The translations under genes were made by a program, and so were the position numbers. A stretch of DNA of 64,000 bases from Anaerolineae bacterium (GTDB taxonomy: Bacteria; Chloroflexota; Anaerolineae; UBA1429), in assembly GCA_963675785.1 (NCBI GenBank), contig OY776562.1:2688001-2752000 (forward strand), given 5' to 3'. Position 1 is the stretch's first letter, and the number at the start of each line of letters is the position of its first letter. This document shows, piece by piece, positions 36,625 to 45,931 of the stretch. Under the pieces are notes generated by a model. The model ran no database searches and had not been told where the DNA came from. It saw only the letters and a list, made by a program, of their open reading frames with translations.

Positions 36625-38018
36625 TAGGCGTTCTTTCTGTCGCGGAATATGCTAAAGACAGTGCGAAGAATGATCTTGATATCAAAGAGGATCGACCAGT
36701 TCTCGATGTAATACAGATCGTATTTGGTCCGTTCGATGATCGAAGTTTCGCCGCGCAGCCCATTGACCTGAGCCCATCCAGTCATACCACCCTTTTCCAT
36801 GTGGCGTTCCATGTATCGGGGAACCACCTGCTTGAACTGTTCTACAAAAACCGGCCTCTCTGGACGTGGCCCCACAAGGCTCATATCACCCATGAGTACA
36901 TTGATGAGCTGGGGTAGTTCATCCAGGGAGGTTTTGCGTAAAAAAGCCCCCAACCGCGTTTTTCTGGGGTCATCCTTGGTCGCCCACACTGGCCCCGTAT
37001 CCGATTCAGCCCCCACTCGCATAGAACGGAACTTGAGCATGCCAAAGGGCTTGCCATCCAGCCCCACACGCACCTGGGTATATAGAACCGAACCGGGCGA
37101 ATCAAGTTTGATAGCCAGTGCTATGGCAAAAAGCAGCGGAGAGATAACAACTAGGCCAGTAGCGCTAACGATGATATCCATGGCTCGCTTAACAGCCAAT
37201 TTCCAGCCATCCAAAGCAATATCCCGCACCATTAGCATAGGCAGGCCGTCCAAGTCTCCAATAGAAACCTGTGATGCCATAATCTGGAACATATCAGGCA
37301 AAATGCGTACCGAAGCCTTGGCAGCAGCGCAATCCGCAATCATATCCAAGAGATCGGCATGTGTCGGTTCCAGCAGAGCGATGATCACTTCGGTCACTTT
37401 TTGTTCCCGAATGATTCGCTCCAGGTCTTTGGGTGTGCCGAGCACAGGTACACCAGCTACATCCTTCAGTGTCGTATTCGCATCGACAAACCCCACGACC
37501 TCATAGCCAAGATGAGCAGACTGGATGGTCTTTTGTAGAATTACTCGGGCCAGTTCGCCAGTGCCCACAAGAATCAGTCGCTCGGGATGCCTACGGCGTA
37601 GCGTCGAGGCCAGTTTGGAAACCAACGCACGGTCGATGATGACAAAGATGATTGTCAGCGCCCAGGTATAGAGAATAATGCCACGGCTCACCAGTTGTAT
37701 ACCGCTAGAAACAAGCATACTCGCTGCTGTATCCACAACGGTAGCGACACTCACAGCAGAGACGACACTGGAAAAAAGATCAATACGAGATTGATTATGG
37801 TTGCGGTGATAAAGCTGTGTAAAGAAAAAAGTCACCACAACGACCATCACATGCACAATACCCAAAGCTATATAGCCGCTAAAAGATCCCAGCTTGATAG
37901 GCGTAGGAAGTGGAATAGCGAGGCGTAAAACATAGGCACCATAAAACGCTAGTGCTGCGGCAATAGAATCCGCCAGCACGGTTATTGCTGTAATCAAAGT
38001 ACGCTGTTGCTTGCTCAC
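36621..38018 (-). CDS. Undecaprenyl-phosphate glucose phosphotransferase (WcaJ/WbaP family)
   Basis: VKRAMDI, KFRSM, DDPR.T..G.FLRKTSLDELPQL.NVL.GDMSLVGPRPE, GMTGWAQVNG. GAGG precedes GTG 38018. Confidence 0.92.
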   Translation of the reverse strand: MSKQQRTLITAITVLADSIAAALAFYGAYVLRLAIPLPTPIKLGSFSGYIALGIVHVMVVVVTFFFTQLYHRNHNQSRIDLFSSVVSAVSVATVVDTAASMLVSSGIQLVSRGIILYTWALTIIFVIIDRALVSKLASTLRRRHPERLILVGTGELARVILQKTIQSAHLGYEVVGFVDANTTLKDVAGVPVLGTPKDLERIIREQKVTEVIIALLEPTHADLLDMIADCAAAKASVRILPDMFQIMASQVSIGDLDGLPMLMVRDIALDGWKLAVKRAMDIIVSATGLVVISPLLFAIALAIKLDSPGSVLYTQVRVGLDGKPFGMLKFRSMRVGAESDTGPVWATKDDPRKTRLGAFLRKTSLDELPQLINVLMGDMSLVGPRPERPVFVEQFKQVVPRYMERHMEKGGMTGWAQVNGLRGETSIIERTKYDLYYIENWSILFDIKIILRTVFSIFRDRKNAY

Positions 38019-38025
38019 ATTCACC

Positions 38026-38943
38026 TCAGGCCGATGCAACGTGTTTGCGATCATCCGGACGCAGGGCATTTTGCGCCAGTGAAAAATGGTGCTTGAGCCA
38101 GATACCAGCATCGATAAGCCAATTCAAGAGAAAGAACGTTTGCTGGCGGTAATATTTGCGATGAAAGATGCGCATTGCCTCGTAAAAAGCGTCGATAGAT
38201 CTGGTGCTGCGCTTTGAACTGGCCGCCCCTTTGATGTGGGTCACAACAGTGCGGGGATAATACACAACGCGCCAACCAGCCTCTTTGATGCGATAACAGA
38301 GATCCAAGTCCTCACCGTACATAAAAAAGGCTTCATCAAGCAATCCCACATCCTGCAGGGCTTCCCGACGCATGAACATAAAAGCGCCAACCACTGAATC
38401 CACATCCACTTGCTCATCGACATCCAAAAACGACAGATTATAGCGAGCAAATATCTTACTCTGCGGGAACAAGCGATCCAGGTAGAGCATGTGAAAAGCT
38501 GATACCCTGGGCGTAGGAAAGCTGCGCCGACAAGCTTTGTCCAGGCTGCCATCAAGCCGTACTAGTTTAGGACCTACCACACCCACATCCGGGTTCGCCT
38601 CGGCAAACTCGAAAACGTGTTGCAGTGCATCGGGCGGCAGCAGCGTATCTGGGTTCAATAGCAGTGCGTAGCACGGGCTCTCAACAGCGTCATTCTCAAA
38701 GCCCATCGCGCGAAGGCCAATGTTATTGGCATAAGCATACCCGCCATTACGTTCTGCCGCAATGACCTGCACCCAGGGGTGCCGTTCCCGAACCATCTCA
38801 ATGCTGGCATCCGTAGAATGATTATCAACGACGACCACCCGCAACTCAAAACTGTATACACTGGCGGCCAACGTACAAAGGCAATCATCCAGTTCATCTT
38901 TTGTATTATAGTTTACTATAACGATTGCCAAGTCGGCCATCAA
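38026..38943 (-). CDS. Glycosyltransferase family 2 (WbbL-like)
   Basis: IVIVNYNT, VVDNHSTD, LLNPD, LDEAFFMYGEDLDLC. Confidence 0.9.
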   Translation of the reverse strand: MMADLAIVIVNYNTKDELDDCLCTLAASVYSFELRVVVVDNHSTDASIEMVRERHPWVQVIAAERNGGYAYANNIGLRAMGFENDAVESPCYALLLNPDTLLPPDALQHVFEFAEANPDVGVVGPKLVRLDGSLDKACRRSFPTPRVSAFHMLYLDRLFPQSKIFARYNLSFLDVDEQVDVDSVVGAFMFMRREALQDVGLLDEAFFMYGEDLDLCYRIKEAGWRVVYYPRTVVTHIKGAASSKRSTRSIDAFYEAMRIFHRKYYRQQTFFLLNWLIDAGIWLKHHFSLAQNALRPDDRKHVASA

Positions 38944-38988
38944 GTCTCCTGCTCTAGATTTCTCTCGGCCCGAACGGAATCAGATGCG

Positions 38989-39966
38989 CTAGAATCGTCT
39001 ACGAGCCCAAGGGCTCTTGGGCGCATTCCCCCGCAAACGCCACGCCAGACCTGCCGGATAACCGCACATCTTGGCGACATCGCCAATGATGCGCAAGCCG
39101 ATAGCGCCCAAGTAATCTACTATCCTCGCATCTTTTAAACCAGAAGCGAGCCGGCGCGTGGGTTCTAAGGATAAAAAGGCCAGAACTGACAGACATAGCA
39201 GCATCCAGCTAGGGCCGACTGTGAAGGTCAAAATCAACCCGGCAAGCAAAGCGCAGTAGGTGCCATATCGCAGCAGATGCCGAAATACGTAAAGGCCAGC
39301 CTTGCCATCTCCCCGGGCATAACGGTAATACTGCCGCCAAAAAGAGCGCACACTGAGCCTAGGCCGAAAATGAACCAATGCATTAGGTACAAATACAAAC
39401 TTGAGCCCAGCATCATAGAGGCTGAAATCAAAGATCAAATCTTCGCAGTAATCGAGCCATTCGGGATATCCGCCCACACTCTCCCACGCAGATCGGGTAA
39501 ATGCCACCGAACGCGATGAAGGGCAAAAATGGGCAGCATCAATCTCTTGCAGTGTCGGTAGTGTGATGGCCCCGAGCACAGCCTCAAAGCGCGTCTGCGG
39601 AGCCGCCATAAAAAAGCCGCTCACGATATCCGGAGGATTATCACTCTCAAAGGGAGCAGTGAGCGCCTCGATCCAATGAGGATCGAGGGAGACGCCAGCA
39701 TCCGTAACGGCCACGACCGCATAGGTGGCACTAGCAATGGCCTTGTTCCTCCCCTGAGCGATATTCAGCCCTGGTGCAGAGATTATCCGCAGCAGAAAAG
39801 GCAATTCAGGTATAAGACGCTGCATCAAAGCCACAGTTCCATCGGTCGAGCCTCCATCGACAATGACCATCTCATCAGGTAGCCTTGTCTGCTCGCTAAT
39901 GGATTTCAGCAGCGCCTGAATGGAACCTGCTTCATTGTAGACGGTTGCTACAAGGGATATTTGCAT
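38989..39966 (-). CDS. Glycosyltransferase family 2 with C-terminal TM helices
   Basis: TVYNE, VDGGSTDGT, TDAG, GGYPEWLDYCED, RQYYRYARGDG. Confidence 0.9.
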   Translation of the reverse strand: MQISLVATVYNEAGSIQALLKSISEQTRLPDEMVIVDGGSTDGTVALMQRLIPELPFLLRIISAPGLNIAQGRNKAIASATYAVVAVTDAGVSLDPHWIEALTAPFESDNPPDIVSGFFMAAPQTRFEAVLGAITLPTLQEIDAAHFCPSSRSVAFTRSAWESVGGYPEWLDYCEDLIFDFSLYDAGLKFVFVPNALVHFRPRLSVRSFWRQYYRYARGDGKAGLYVFRHLLRYGTYCALLAGLILTFTVGPSWMLLCLSVLAFLSLEPTRRLASGLKDARIVDYLGAIGLRIIGDVAKMCGYPAGLAWRLRGNAPKSPWARRRF

Positions 39967-40090
39967 CCTGCCTCCAGAGTTGAATTATACGAGCCCCTGC
40001 GCAGCCCGGCAAAGCAAACCGTTAAACAGGCGTTGTCTGAATGCACAGCGAATGCTATACTCCACACAACAGCTCTTTTGGGAGAAACCC

Positions 40091-41746
40091 ATGCCATCAT
40101 CCACATCCGAACAGATTATCGCCGGGAGATACCGAATCATCGAGACCCACCAAGTAGGGGGCGGCCTCGTTGTTTATCTCGCTCATGACGAATTGACCGG
40201 CAAGATGGTTCGTGTTCGTGAGTTGGTTGCCAGTGAGGTCACCGAATCCTTCTGGAATGAGACGCTCAAGGGCTGGCAAAAGAGCCTCAAGGTCTCACGG
40301 CAGTGCAGTAGTAGCGAGCATATCATCAAGTCGTTGACCATAGAGCAAAATCAACTCAACGGCAACATCTATCTCATCACCGAAAACATAACTGGCACTT
40401 GCCTGCCTGACCCTATAACTACCAAACCAGCCGATATCGAGCAGGTGTTGTTGGTGATGCGTTCCGCAGCAATGGCCATTCAGGACCTTGCCGAGGCTGG
40501 CATCACCCACCGCGATATCAAACCTGCCAATATCATCATTTGCGAGGACGGAATCCGGCTTGGTGGTCTGGATATCGCTCAGATAGCTTCAGATACAGCC
40601 ATATTGCAAGCCTCAGAAGCGCATCCGGGCACGCCAGCCTATAAATCGCCTGAACAGGCCATGTTCACTGGACTGCTCGACCAGCGTTCGGACATCTATG
40701 CCCTTGGCCTGGTCGCTTATGAGATGCTGACCGGTAGGCGTTACACGCAGGATCACCTCCCTGCTCATGTTCATCGGCCTGATATGCCCCGTCCGCTGAG
40801 TAATATTGTGATGCGCTGCCTGGAAAAAGACCCCGAAACGCGCTACCAAACGGCACAGACTCTCATCCATGACCTTGGCCAGGTAGAACAAGAAAGTGTG
40901 TCTGGTCAACTCAAGATTGCCGCTCGCCCGATTTCAGGCCCGCGTTTTTGGCAAACCTCGGCAATACTAGCCGTCGTCATTCTTGCTGCATTATTGATAC
41001 GCGCTAGCACAACCCGTGCCCTTTTGCCTCAAACTGGAGAGGGTACTCCTACATTAGCCAGTCAGGCGACGGCAGAGTCGACATCGGAGTCCGCGGGTAT
41101 CCAAACCGTCAACATAGAAAGCGGAGATGCCTTTGAACCTGATGAGACAGAACCTGCGCCTCTAGCGATTGGTGAACTACAGGCACATACCTTTTCCTAC
41201 AATGGCGATATTGACCGGGCTACCATTCAGGTTAACCAGGGGTGGACTTATACCATTGCGGCAAGCAACCTCTCTGCTGGTGTGGATACCGTCTTGGAAG
41301 TGTTGGTAGATGGCCAAAGCTATGTGAACGACAACAGCGTCGCCGACTCGCTGGCATCTCGCGTCGAATTTACTGCCATGAACAACAGTGTAGCTCTGAT
41401 CACTATCACCAACCTCGGCACCTATGGCGAGGAACAGGGTTATTATCTCAGTGCCCAACAGGTGGCCTCGGCCACAATAACCCCCAACTATACACAGGTA
41501 GGGACAACACCCAGCCGCACACCGCGCCCAACCTATACAGCGACACCTATCGCAACAGCTACCTCAACCACAGGCGCCACGCGCACACCAACGCGGACGA
41601 TAGCTCCCACCTCTACCAGAACACCGACGATCACCTCGACGCCCTCTGTAACGCCGACACCAAGCAACACGCCCACCGTTACAGCAACAGCCACGCCCTA
41701 CCGCACGCCGCTGCCCGCACGGACTGTCGGCCCCGTCCAAGAATAA
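40091..41746 (+). CDS. Hanks-type Ser/Thr kinase-like membrane protein (degenerate motifs) with PPC-like extracellular domain and Thr/Pro tail
   Basis: IAGRYRII, THRDIKPANI, GTPAYKSPEQ, SDIYALG; one TM; DAFEPDE...GDID beta domain; TPT-rich C-terminus. Confidence 0.85.
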   Translation: MPSSTSEQIIAGRYRIIETHQVGGGLVVYLAHDELTGKMVRVRELVASEVTESFWNETLKGWQKSLKVSRQCSSSEHIIKSLTIEQNQLNGNIYLITENITGTCLPDPITTKPADIEQVLLVMRSAAMAIQDLAEAGITHRDIKPANIIICEDGIRLGGLDIAQIASDTAILQASEAHPGTPAYKSPEQAMFTGLLDQRSDIYALGLVAYEMLTGRRYTQDHLPAHVHRPDMPRPLSNIVMRCLEKDPETRYQTAQTLIHDLGQVEQESVSGQLKIAARPISGPRFWQTSAILAVVILAALLIRASTTRALLPQTGEGTPTLASQATAESTSESAGIQTVNIESGDAFEPDETEPAPLAIGELQAHTFSYNGDIDRATIQVNQGWTYTIAASNLSAGVDTVLEVLVDGQSYVNDNSVADSLASRVEFTAMNNSVALITITNLGTYGEEQGYYLSAQQVASATITPNYTQVGTTPSRTPRPTYTATPIATATSTTGATRTPTRTIAPTSTRTPTITSTPSVTPTPSNTPTVTATATPYRTPLPARTVGPVQE

Positions 41747-41807
41747 TCTGGCTCGCAAATGAATTCTGGAATAGGCCTACCTTAACCTTACACTCCTACT
41801 AATGAAA

Positions 41808-41843
41808 AACTAGCGTTGCGTTCATCCGAACGCAACGCTAGTT
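41808..41843. terminator. Perfect 16-bp inverted repeat between convergent genes
   Basis: AACTAGCGTTGCGTTC-ATCC-GAACGCAACGCTAGTT. A-run on the left gives a U-tract on the minus strand. Confidence 0.65.
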
Positions 41844-42024
41844 ACATAGATATGGCCTGTTCAAAATATTCTGTTCGTACCAAGCCAATCAGGCAAACAA
41901 GCCGGCTCAATAGAATATATAACCGTAATGGAAGGCAAAAAAATCGGCATGCTCAGGTTATTACCGGTTTGTCTGAATCAGTGGCTCGAAATCACCCAAG
42001 AACGTCAGAGCAACAGTACCCTTG

Positions 42025-42246
42025 TTAACCAGCATCGACCTCGTGCTCGGCATCCGACAAAAGCTGCGATACCCTAAGCTCTGCCTGTTCCAGTTGTTGT
42101 TCGCAGTGCCTTACCAGTGAGATACCCTTTTCGTATAGAGCAACCGACTCATCCAAGGGTAGCTCACCCTCTTCAAGCTTTTGAATGACCTGTTCAAGCA
42201 TTTTGTAGCTTTCTTCAAAAGCCCGGGCCTTATTATCTGTCATCAT
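42025..42246 (-). CDS. xseB: Exodeoxyribonuclease VII small subunit
   Basis: FEESYKMLEQVIQKLEEGELPLDESVALYEKG; follows xseA. Confidence 0.93.
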   Translation of the reverse strand: MMTDNKARAFEESYKMLEQVIQKLEEGELPLDESVALYEKGISLVRHCEQQLEQAELRVSQLLSDAEHEVDAG

Positions 42247-43462
42247 TCTTGCCTTCCTCATCTTTGTTGTCAGCAATTGAAACTATTGCAACCTCCATGT
42301 CCCCATCAGCAAACCGAACCTCTAGTACTTGTCCTTTGACCACCATCCATCGTCGGGTGATCAGTTTACCCGTCATATCAGAAACAAGCGCATAACCTCT
42401 CTCCAAAACCCGACGGGGGTTCAAGGCCTCTAAGCGCAACTTCTCTCTGGCTATCAGCGATTCCTTACGTTCCAGAATCCCCATTATGACTGTGTTCAAA
42501 CGCAGGGCATTCTCGGCCAATCTGCGCCCGTATTCGGTCAACCGTTGAACCGGTGTCTGCCGCTCCAGACGCATGCCAGCGCGATCTAGCATCTCCCATC
42601 GCTGCTCGATTGCACGCTGCATGGCCTCATCCAGGGCAAAGGTCAGGCCGTTCAGCCGCTCTACGATCTCGACACGATCGGGCACAGCTGCTGCTGCCGC
42701 AGCAGAAGGCGTTGGTTCACGACGGTCCGCACAAAAGTCTGCCAGCGTGAAATCCGTTTCATGGCCAACACCAGTTATTATAGGGATTGGACAATCAAAG
42801 ATCGTTCGAGCGACACCTTCGTCATTAAAAGCCCATAGATCTTCGAGGGAACCGCCGCCCCTTGCAACAAGAATCACGTCAATGCTGGGCTGCTTCTCTA
42901 ACTGCCGGATGGCATCAACAATACTGGCCGGAGCCTCTACGCCCTGCACCAGAGTGGGTGAGATAATCAGTTCGACAAGGGGATATCGGGCCTCAATGAC
43001 GTTTTGTATATCGCGCAATGCCGCCCCTGTTGGCGAAGTCACCACACCAATGCGCCGCGGCCACTCGGGGATATTCTTTTTGTGCTCAGCATCAAACAAG
43101 CCCTCACGTTCAAGCTTGTCTTTGAGTTCCAGAAACCGCTGCCACAAATCCCCAGCACCAACGCTCGATAGTCTATTTACATAGAGTTGGTAATTGCCGC
43201 CGCGCTCATAAACAGAAACATAACCGCGTACCTGCACCAGTTCGCCTTGTTCGGGCAGCCTGTGCATATAGGCCGCCAGCGTCTTCCACATCACACAACG
43301 AATCTCTGAAGACGCGTCTTTGAGTGTGAAATAACAATGTCCCGAAGAAGCCTGCTTGAAATTGGAAACTTCGCCTTCAACCAGCACATCTTGGAGTATC
43401 TCACTACTATCAAAAAGTTCTTTGATGTACTGGGTTACCTGACTGACCGAGTAAAGAATCAT
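42233..43462 (-). CDS. xseA: Exodeoxyribonuclease VII large subunit
   Basis: VEGEVSN, SGHCYFTLKD, VTSPTGAALRD, RGGGSLEDLWAFN, GVGHETD. Confidence 0.97.
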   Translation of the reverse strand: MILYSVSQVTQYIKELFDSSEILQDVLVEGEVSNFKQASSGHCYFTLKDASSEIRCVMWKTLAAYMHRLPEQGELVQVRGYVSVYERGGNYQLYVNRLSSVGAGDLWQRFLELKDKLEREGLFDAEHKKNIPEWPRRIGVVTSPTGAALRDIQNVIEARYPLVELIISPTLVQGVEAPASIVDAIRQLEKQPSIDVILVARGGGSLEDLWAFNDEGVARTIFDCPIPIITGVGHETDFTLADFCADRREPTPSAAAAAAVPDRVEIVERLNGLTFALDEAMQRAIEQRWEMLDRAGMRLERQTPVQRLTEYGRRLAENALRLNTVIMGILERKESLIAREKLRLEALNPRRVLERGYALVSDMTGKLITRRWMVVKGQVLEVRFADGDMEVAIVSIADNKDEEGKNDDR

Positions 43463-43522
43463 GCGCCTATTATAGCAAACCTTTCGCGGTTTGTGTGCGT
43501 ATATCTTTTAGCATCTTTATCC

Positions 43523-43551
43523 TTGACGCTCTACCAGGGGGAGGTTAGAAT
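43523..43551 (+). promoter_or_regulatory. Putative sigma70 promoter
   Basis: TTGACG-17 nt-TAGAAT upstream of 43651. Confidence 0.55.
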
Positions 43552-43650
43552 AAATCCAGAGAGACAAATACCCAAGTCTCGTTTCTTTGTCAATGTCGAG
43601 GGTTACCGCGTTAACAATATGCCAGAGTACTCGCAAGAAAGGTCGGGAAC

Positions 43651-44469
43651 ATGAAAGTTCAAGTCGCCCAAGTGCGTATTTTCACGTTTATCGAACAGCA
43701 ATCAATGGATCGCGCCGAAGGCCTCGCCTGGGCTCGAAAAGCAGATGCTTTCGGCACTTTGAGCAAACTCTTTTCACGCCCCAAGGATGAGGAGTTTGAG
43801 CTGCTCTACAAAGAGCGCCGCTACATTCCCTTCTGGCACGCCACCGCCAAGTCCCTCATCACTTTTGATCGTTCGGCCCAATATCCTATTCCCGTCAAAG
43901 GGGCTGAGATCAAGTCAGTAACCATTGAAGGTAACGATTACGGCATCGTTGATGGCAAAGCCATTATTACAGGCATTGAGCACTGCGAACTCGCTGACAG
44001 TGTCCAAGTCTATGTGGATGCCCTGACCGGAGCCAAGAATGCCAAGTTGGCCGAATACCTGGCATTGCAGGCCACCGAAGTCAGCCCCGAGGAGATCGAT
44101 CAGTTGGTGACAGACGGGGCCATCGTCGTCCCGCCCGTTATGGCTGCTCCCAGCATCGCTCGTGAGGCTGTGGCAGGCCTGCCCAAAAAGATCAACGCAG
44201 ACGTGGTCAACGAGGAAACTCTTGAACTCGAAACACTGGACATCTATTTTAGGCCGGTGTACGCCTTCCAGTATCGTTGGCTGACCAAAGAACGCGAAGC
44301 CGTGATCGAGTATGACGGACTGACTGGCAAGCTGGAGATGGATGGACGTGTCTATCCTGAAGCGGCCGATCAGGCAGTGCCAGCAGATATGTTCAAGGGT
44401 GTGAATGAGGAGACCATTCTGGGTCTCTTGCCAGAGGGGCGACTGGCCATTCTTGAGGTTAAAGAATAG
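43651..44469 (+). CDS. Hypothetical protein
   Basis: 272-aa ORF with its own promoter and terminator; no family recognised. Confidence 0.7.
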   Translation: MKVQVAQVRIFTFIEQQSMDRAEGLAWARKADAFGTLSKLFSRPKDEEFELLYKERRYIPFWHATAKSLITFDRSAQYPIPVKGAEIKSVTIEGNDYGIVDGKAIITGIEHCELADSVQVYVDALTGAKNAKLAEYLALQATEVSPEEIDQLVTDGAIVVPPVMAAPSIAREAVAGLPKKINADVVNEETLELETLDIYFRPVYAFQYRWLTKEREAVIEYDGLTGKLEMDGRVYPEAADQAVPADMFKGVNEETILGLLPEGRLAILEVKE

Positions 44470-44481
44470 TTTGAGTCAATT

Positions 44482-44515
44482 AAAGAGAGAACCCGTAATG
44501 GGTTCTCTCTTTTTT
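44482..44515. terminator. Bidirectional terminator
   Basis: AAAGAGAGAACCC/GGGTTCTCTCTTTTTT. Confidence 0.8.
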
Positions 44516-44516
44516 G

Positions 44517-45857
44517 TTAGTATTCGTAACAGCTTCCACCAATAAATTCGCGCAGCAGCGAATCGGGCGGAATGGGCGAATCATCCTCAATAGGGGTAAT
44601 CTCGCGGAACAACTTGGCAACCCGTTCGGCACGGGTAAAGGCGTCCTGACGAAGAGGATCACCACGATATTCATCTGCCCACTGCTTGAATTGTTCACCC
44701 AGCCTGGCTTTGAAAATGGGCAGTTCGTAGGGCAGTGCACTATTGACCACATAATCCACCGTGCTCACATAGGGGATGATGTTACGAAGCTCGCTGCTCC
44801 TCACATAATGCCAATGTTCCAGGGTCTGTTTGGGGTTATAGGCCCTATGCGTAGCATCGCGCAGCATCCTACGCATCAGGCGGATATCCGTCCAGTGCGC
44901 GTAATCCCCTTGCGAATCTTTGACCTGCATGAGTGGCTCGATGTACAGCCTAAAGCAGGACTCTGCTGGAATCCCCTCCAACATGGGGGGATACAACCCA
45001 TGCAGACTGTCGATAAGAATCGCCTCGTTGGACGCCAGCTTCATAGGCGTTTGCGCCAAATGCCGCTTGCCCGTTTTGAAATCATAAAAAGGAATCATTA
45101 CCTCTTTGCCAGCAATGAGCTGACTGAGTTGGGTGTTGATCAGCTCCAGGTCCAAAGCTTGGGGTGTCTCATAATCGTAATCACCAAACTCGTCACGCGG
45201 GTGCATCTCCAGGTCAAAGAAGTAGTTATCTACCGTGAGCGGCACCAAGGAAAGCCCCATCTTGGTCAAAAGGTGACTCAATTTGGTGGTTGTTGTCGTC
45301 TTACCAGATGAAGAAGGTCCGGCTATAATAACAATGCGTATTTGATCCTGTCGTTCGCGAACCAGCTCGGAGGCACAAGTAATATCTTCGTTATAGGCGT
45401 GATCAGTCTCACGAACGATATCAGGGAACTCACCGCGGGCAATGCGCTCGTTCAATCCCTCTGTGGTATTGACGCCGTGCTCTACGGCCCAATCTAGCAC
45501 ATGCCAGAGCTTGTGCCAGGGAATATTGCTGCTCTCTTCAGAGAATTTGCGTGCCGCTCTCTGACGTGAACGGGCTCGCTCATCACGATAGAGGATGTAG
45601 GCCTTGGCCGTACGTGCGTGGCCGTTCTCAATGAGAACCTTTTCGACGACATCCTGAATCTCTTCAACCGAAGGTATATGCCCTTCAGAAGCCTGCTGCT
45701 CCAGCATCTGCACAACTAGATCGGATAGTTCCTCGGCAGTGCTGCGATCACGGCCTCCTACGGCTACGGCAGCCCTATAGATTGCATTGGTGATGCGATC
45801 CTGGTTAAAGGGCACCACAGCGCCAGTTCGTTTGACGACATGTGTAATTTTGGCCAT
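44517..45857 (-). CDS. ATP-cone domain fused to a uridine kinase/phosphoribulokinase-like P-loop domain
   Basis: VVKRTGAVVPFNQDRITNAI...VEEIQDVVEKVL...TAKAYILYR (ATP cone); AGPSSSGKTT; DIRLMRRMLRD. GGAGG precedes ATG 45857. Confidence 0.85.
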   Translation of the reverse strand: MAKITHVVKRTGAVVPFNQDRITNAIYRAAVAVGGRDRSTAEELSDLVVQMLEQQASEGHIPSVEEIQDVVEKVLIENGHARTAKAYILYRDERARSRQRAARKFSEESSNIPWHKLWHVLDWAVEHGVNTTEGLNERIARGEFPDIVRETDHAYNEDITCASELVRERQDQIRIVIIAGPSSSGKTTTTTKLSHLLTKMGLSLVPLTVDNYFFDLEMHPRDEFGDYDYETPQALDLELINTQLSQLIAGKEVMIPFYDFKTGKRHLAQTPMKLASNEAILIDSLHGLYPPMLEGIPAESCFRLYIEPLMQVKDSQGDYAHWTDIRLMRRMLRDATHRAYNPKQTLEHWHYVRSSELRNIIPYVSTVDYVVNSALPYELPIFKARLGEQFKQWADEYRGDPLRQDAFTRAERVAKLFREITPIEDDSPIPPDSLLREFIGGSCYEY

Positions 45858-45931
45858 GGTTCCTCCTGATGTAAAACCTTTATGGCTCGAATATACATGA
45901 CATAAACAGAAAAGTACAGAGGAGTCGCCCG

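Noticed and set aside
44514-45311. Long alternative ORFs on the opposite strand (also 32711..33343, 34327..34965, 36799..37506, 42573..43184, 57546..58235, 60414..61157, 62303..62944)
   Set aside because: All are antisense shadows of well-recognised genes, with no motifs or RBS.
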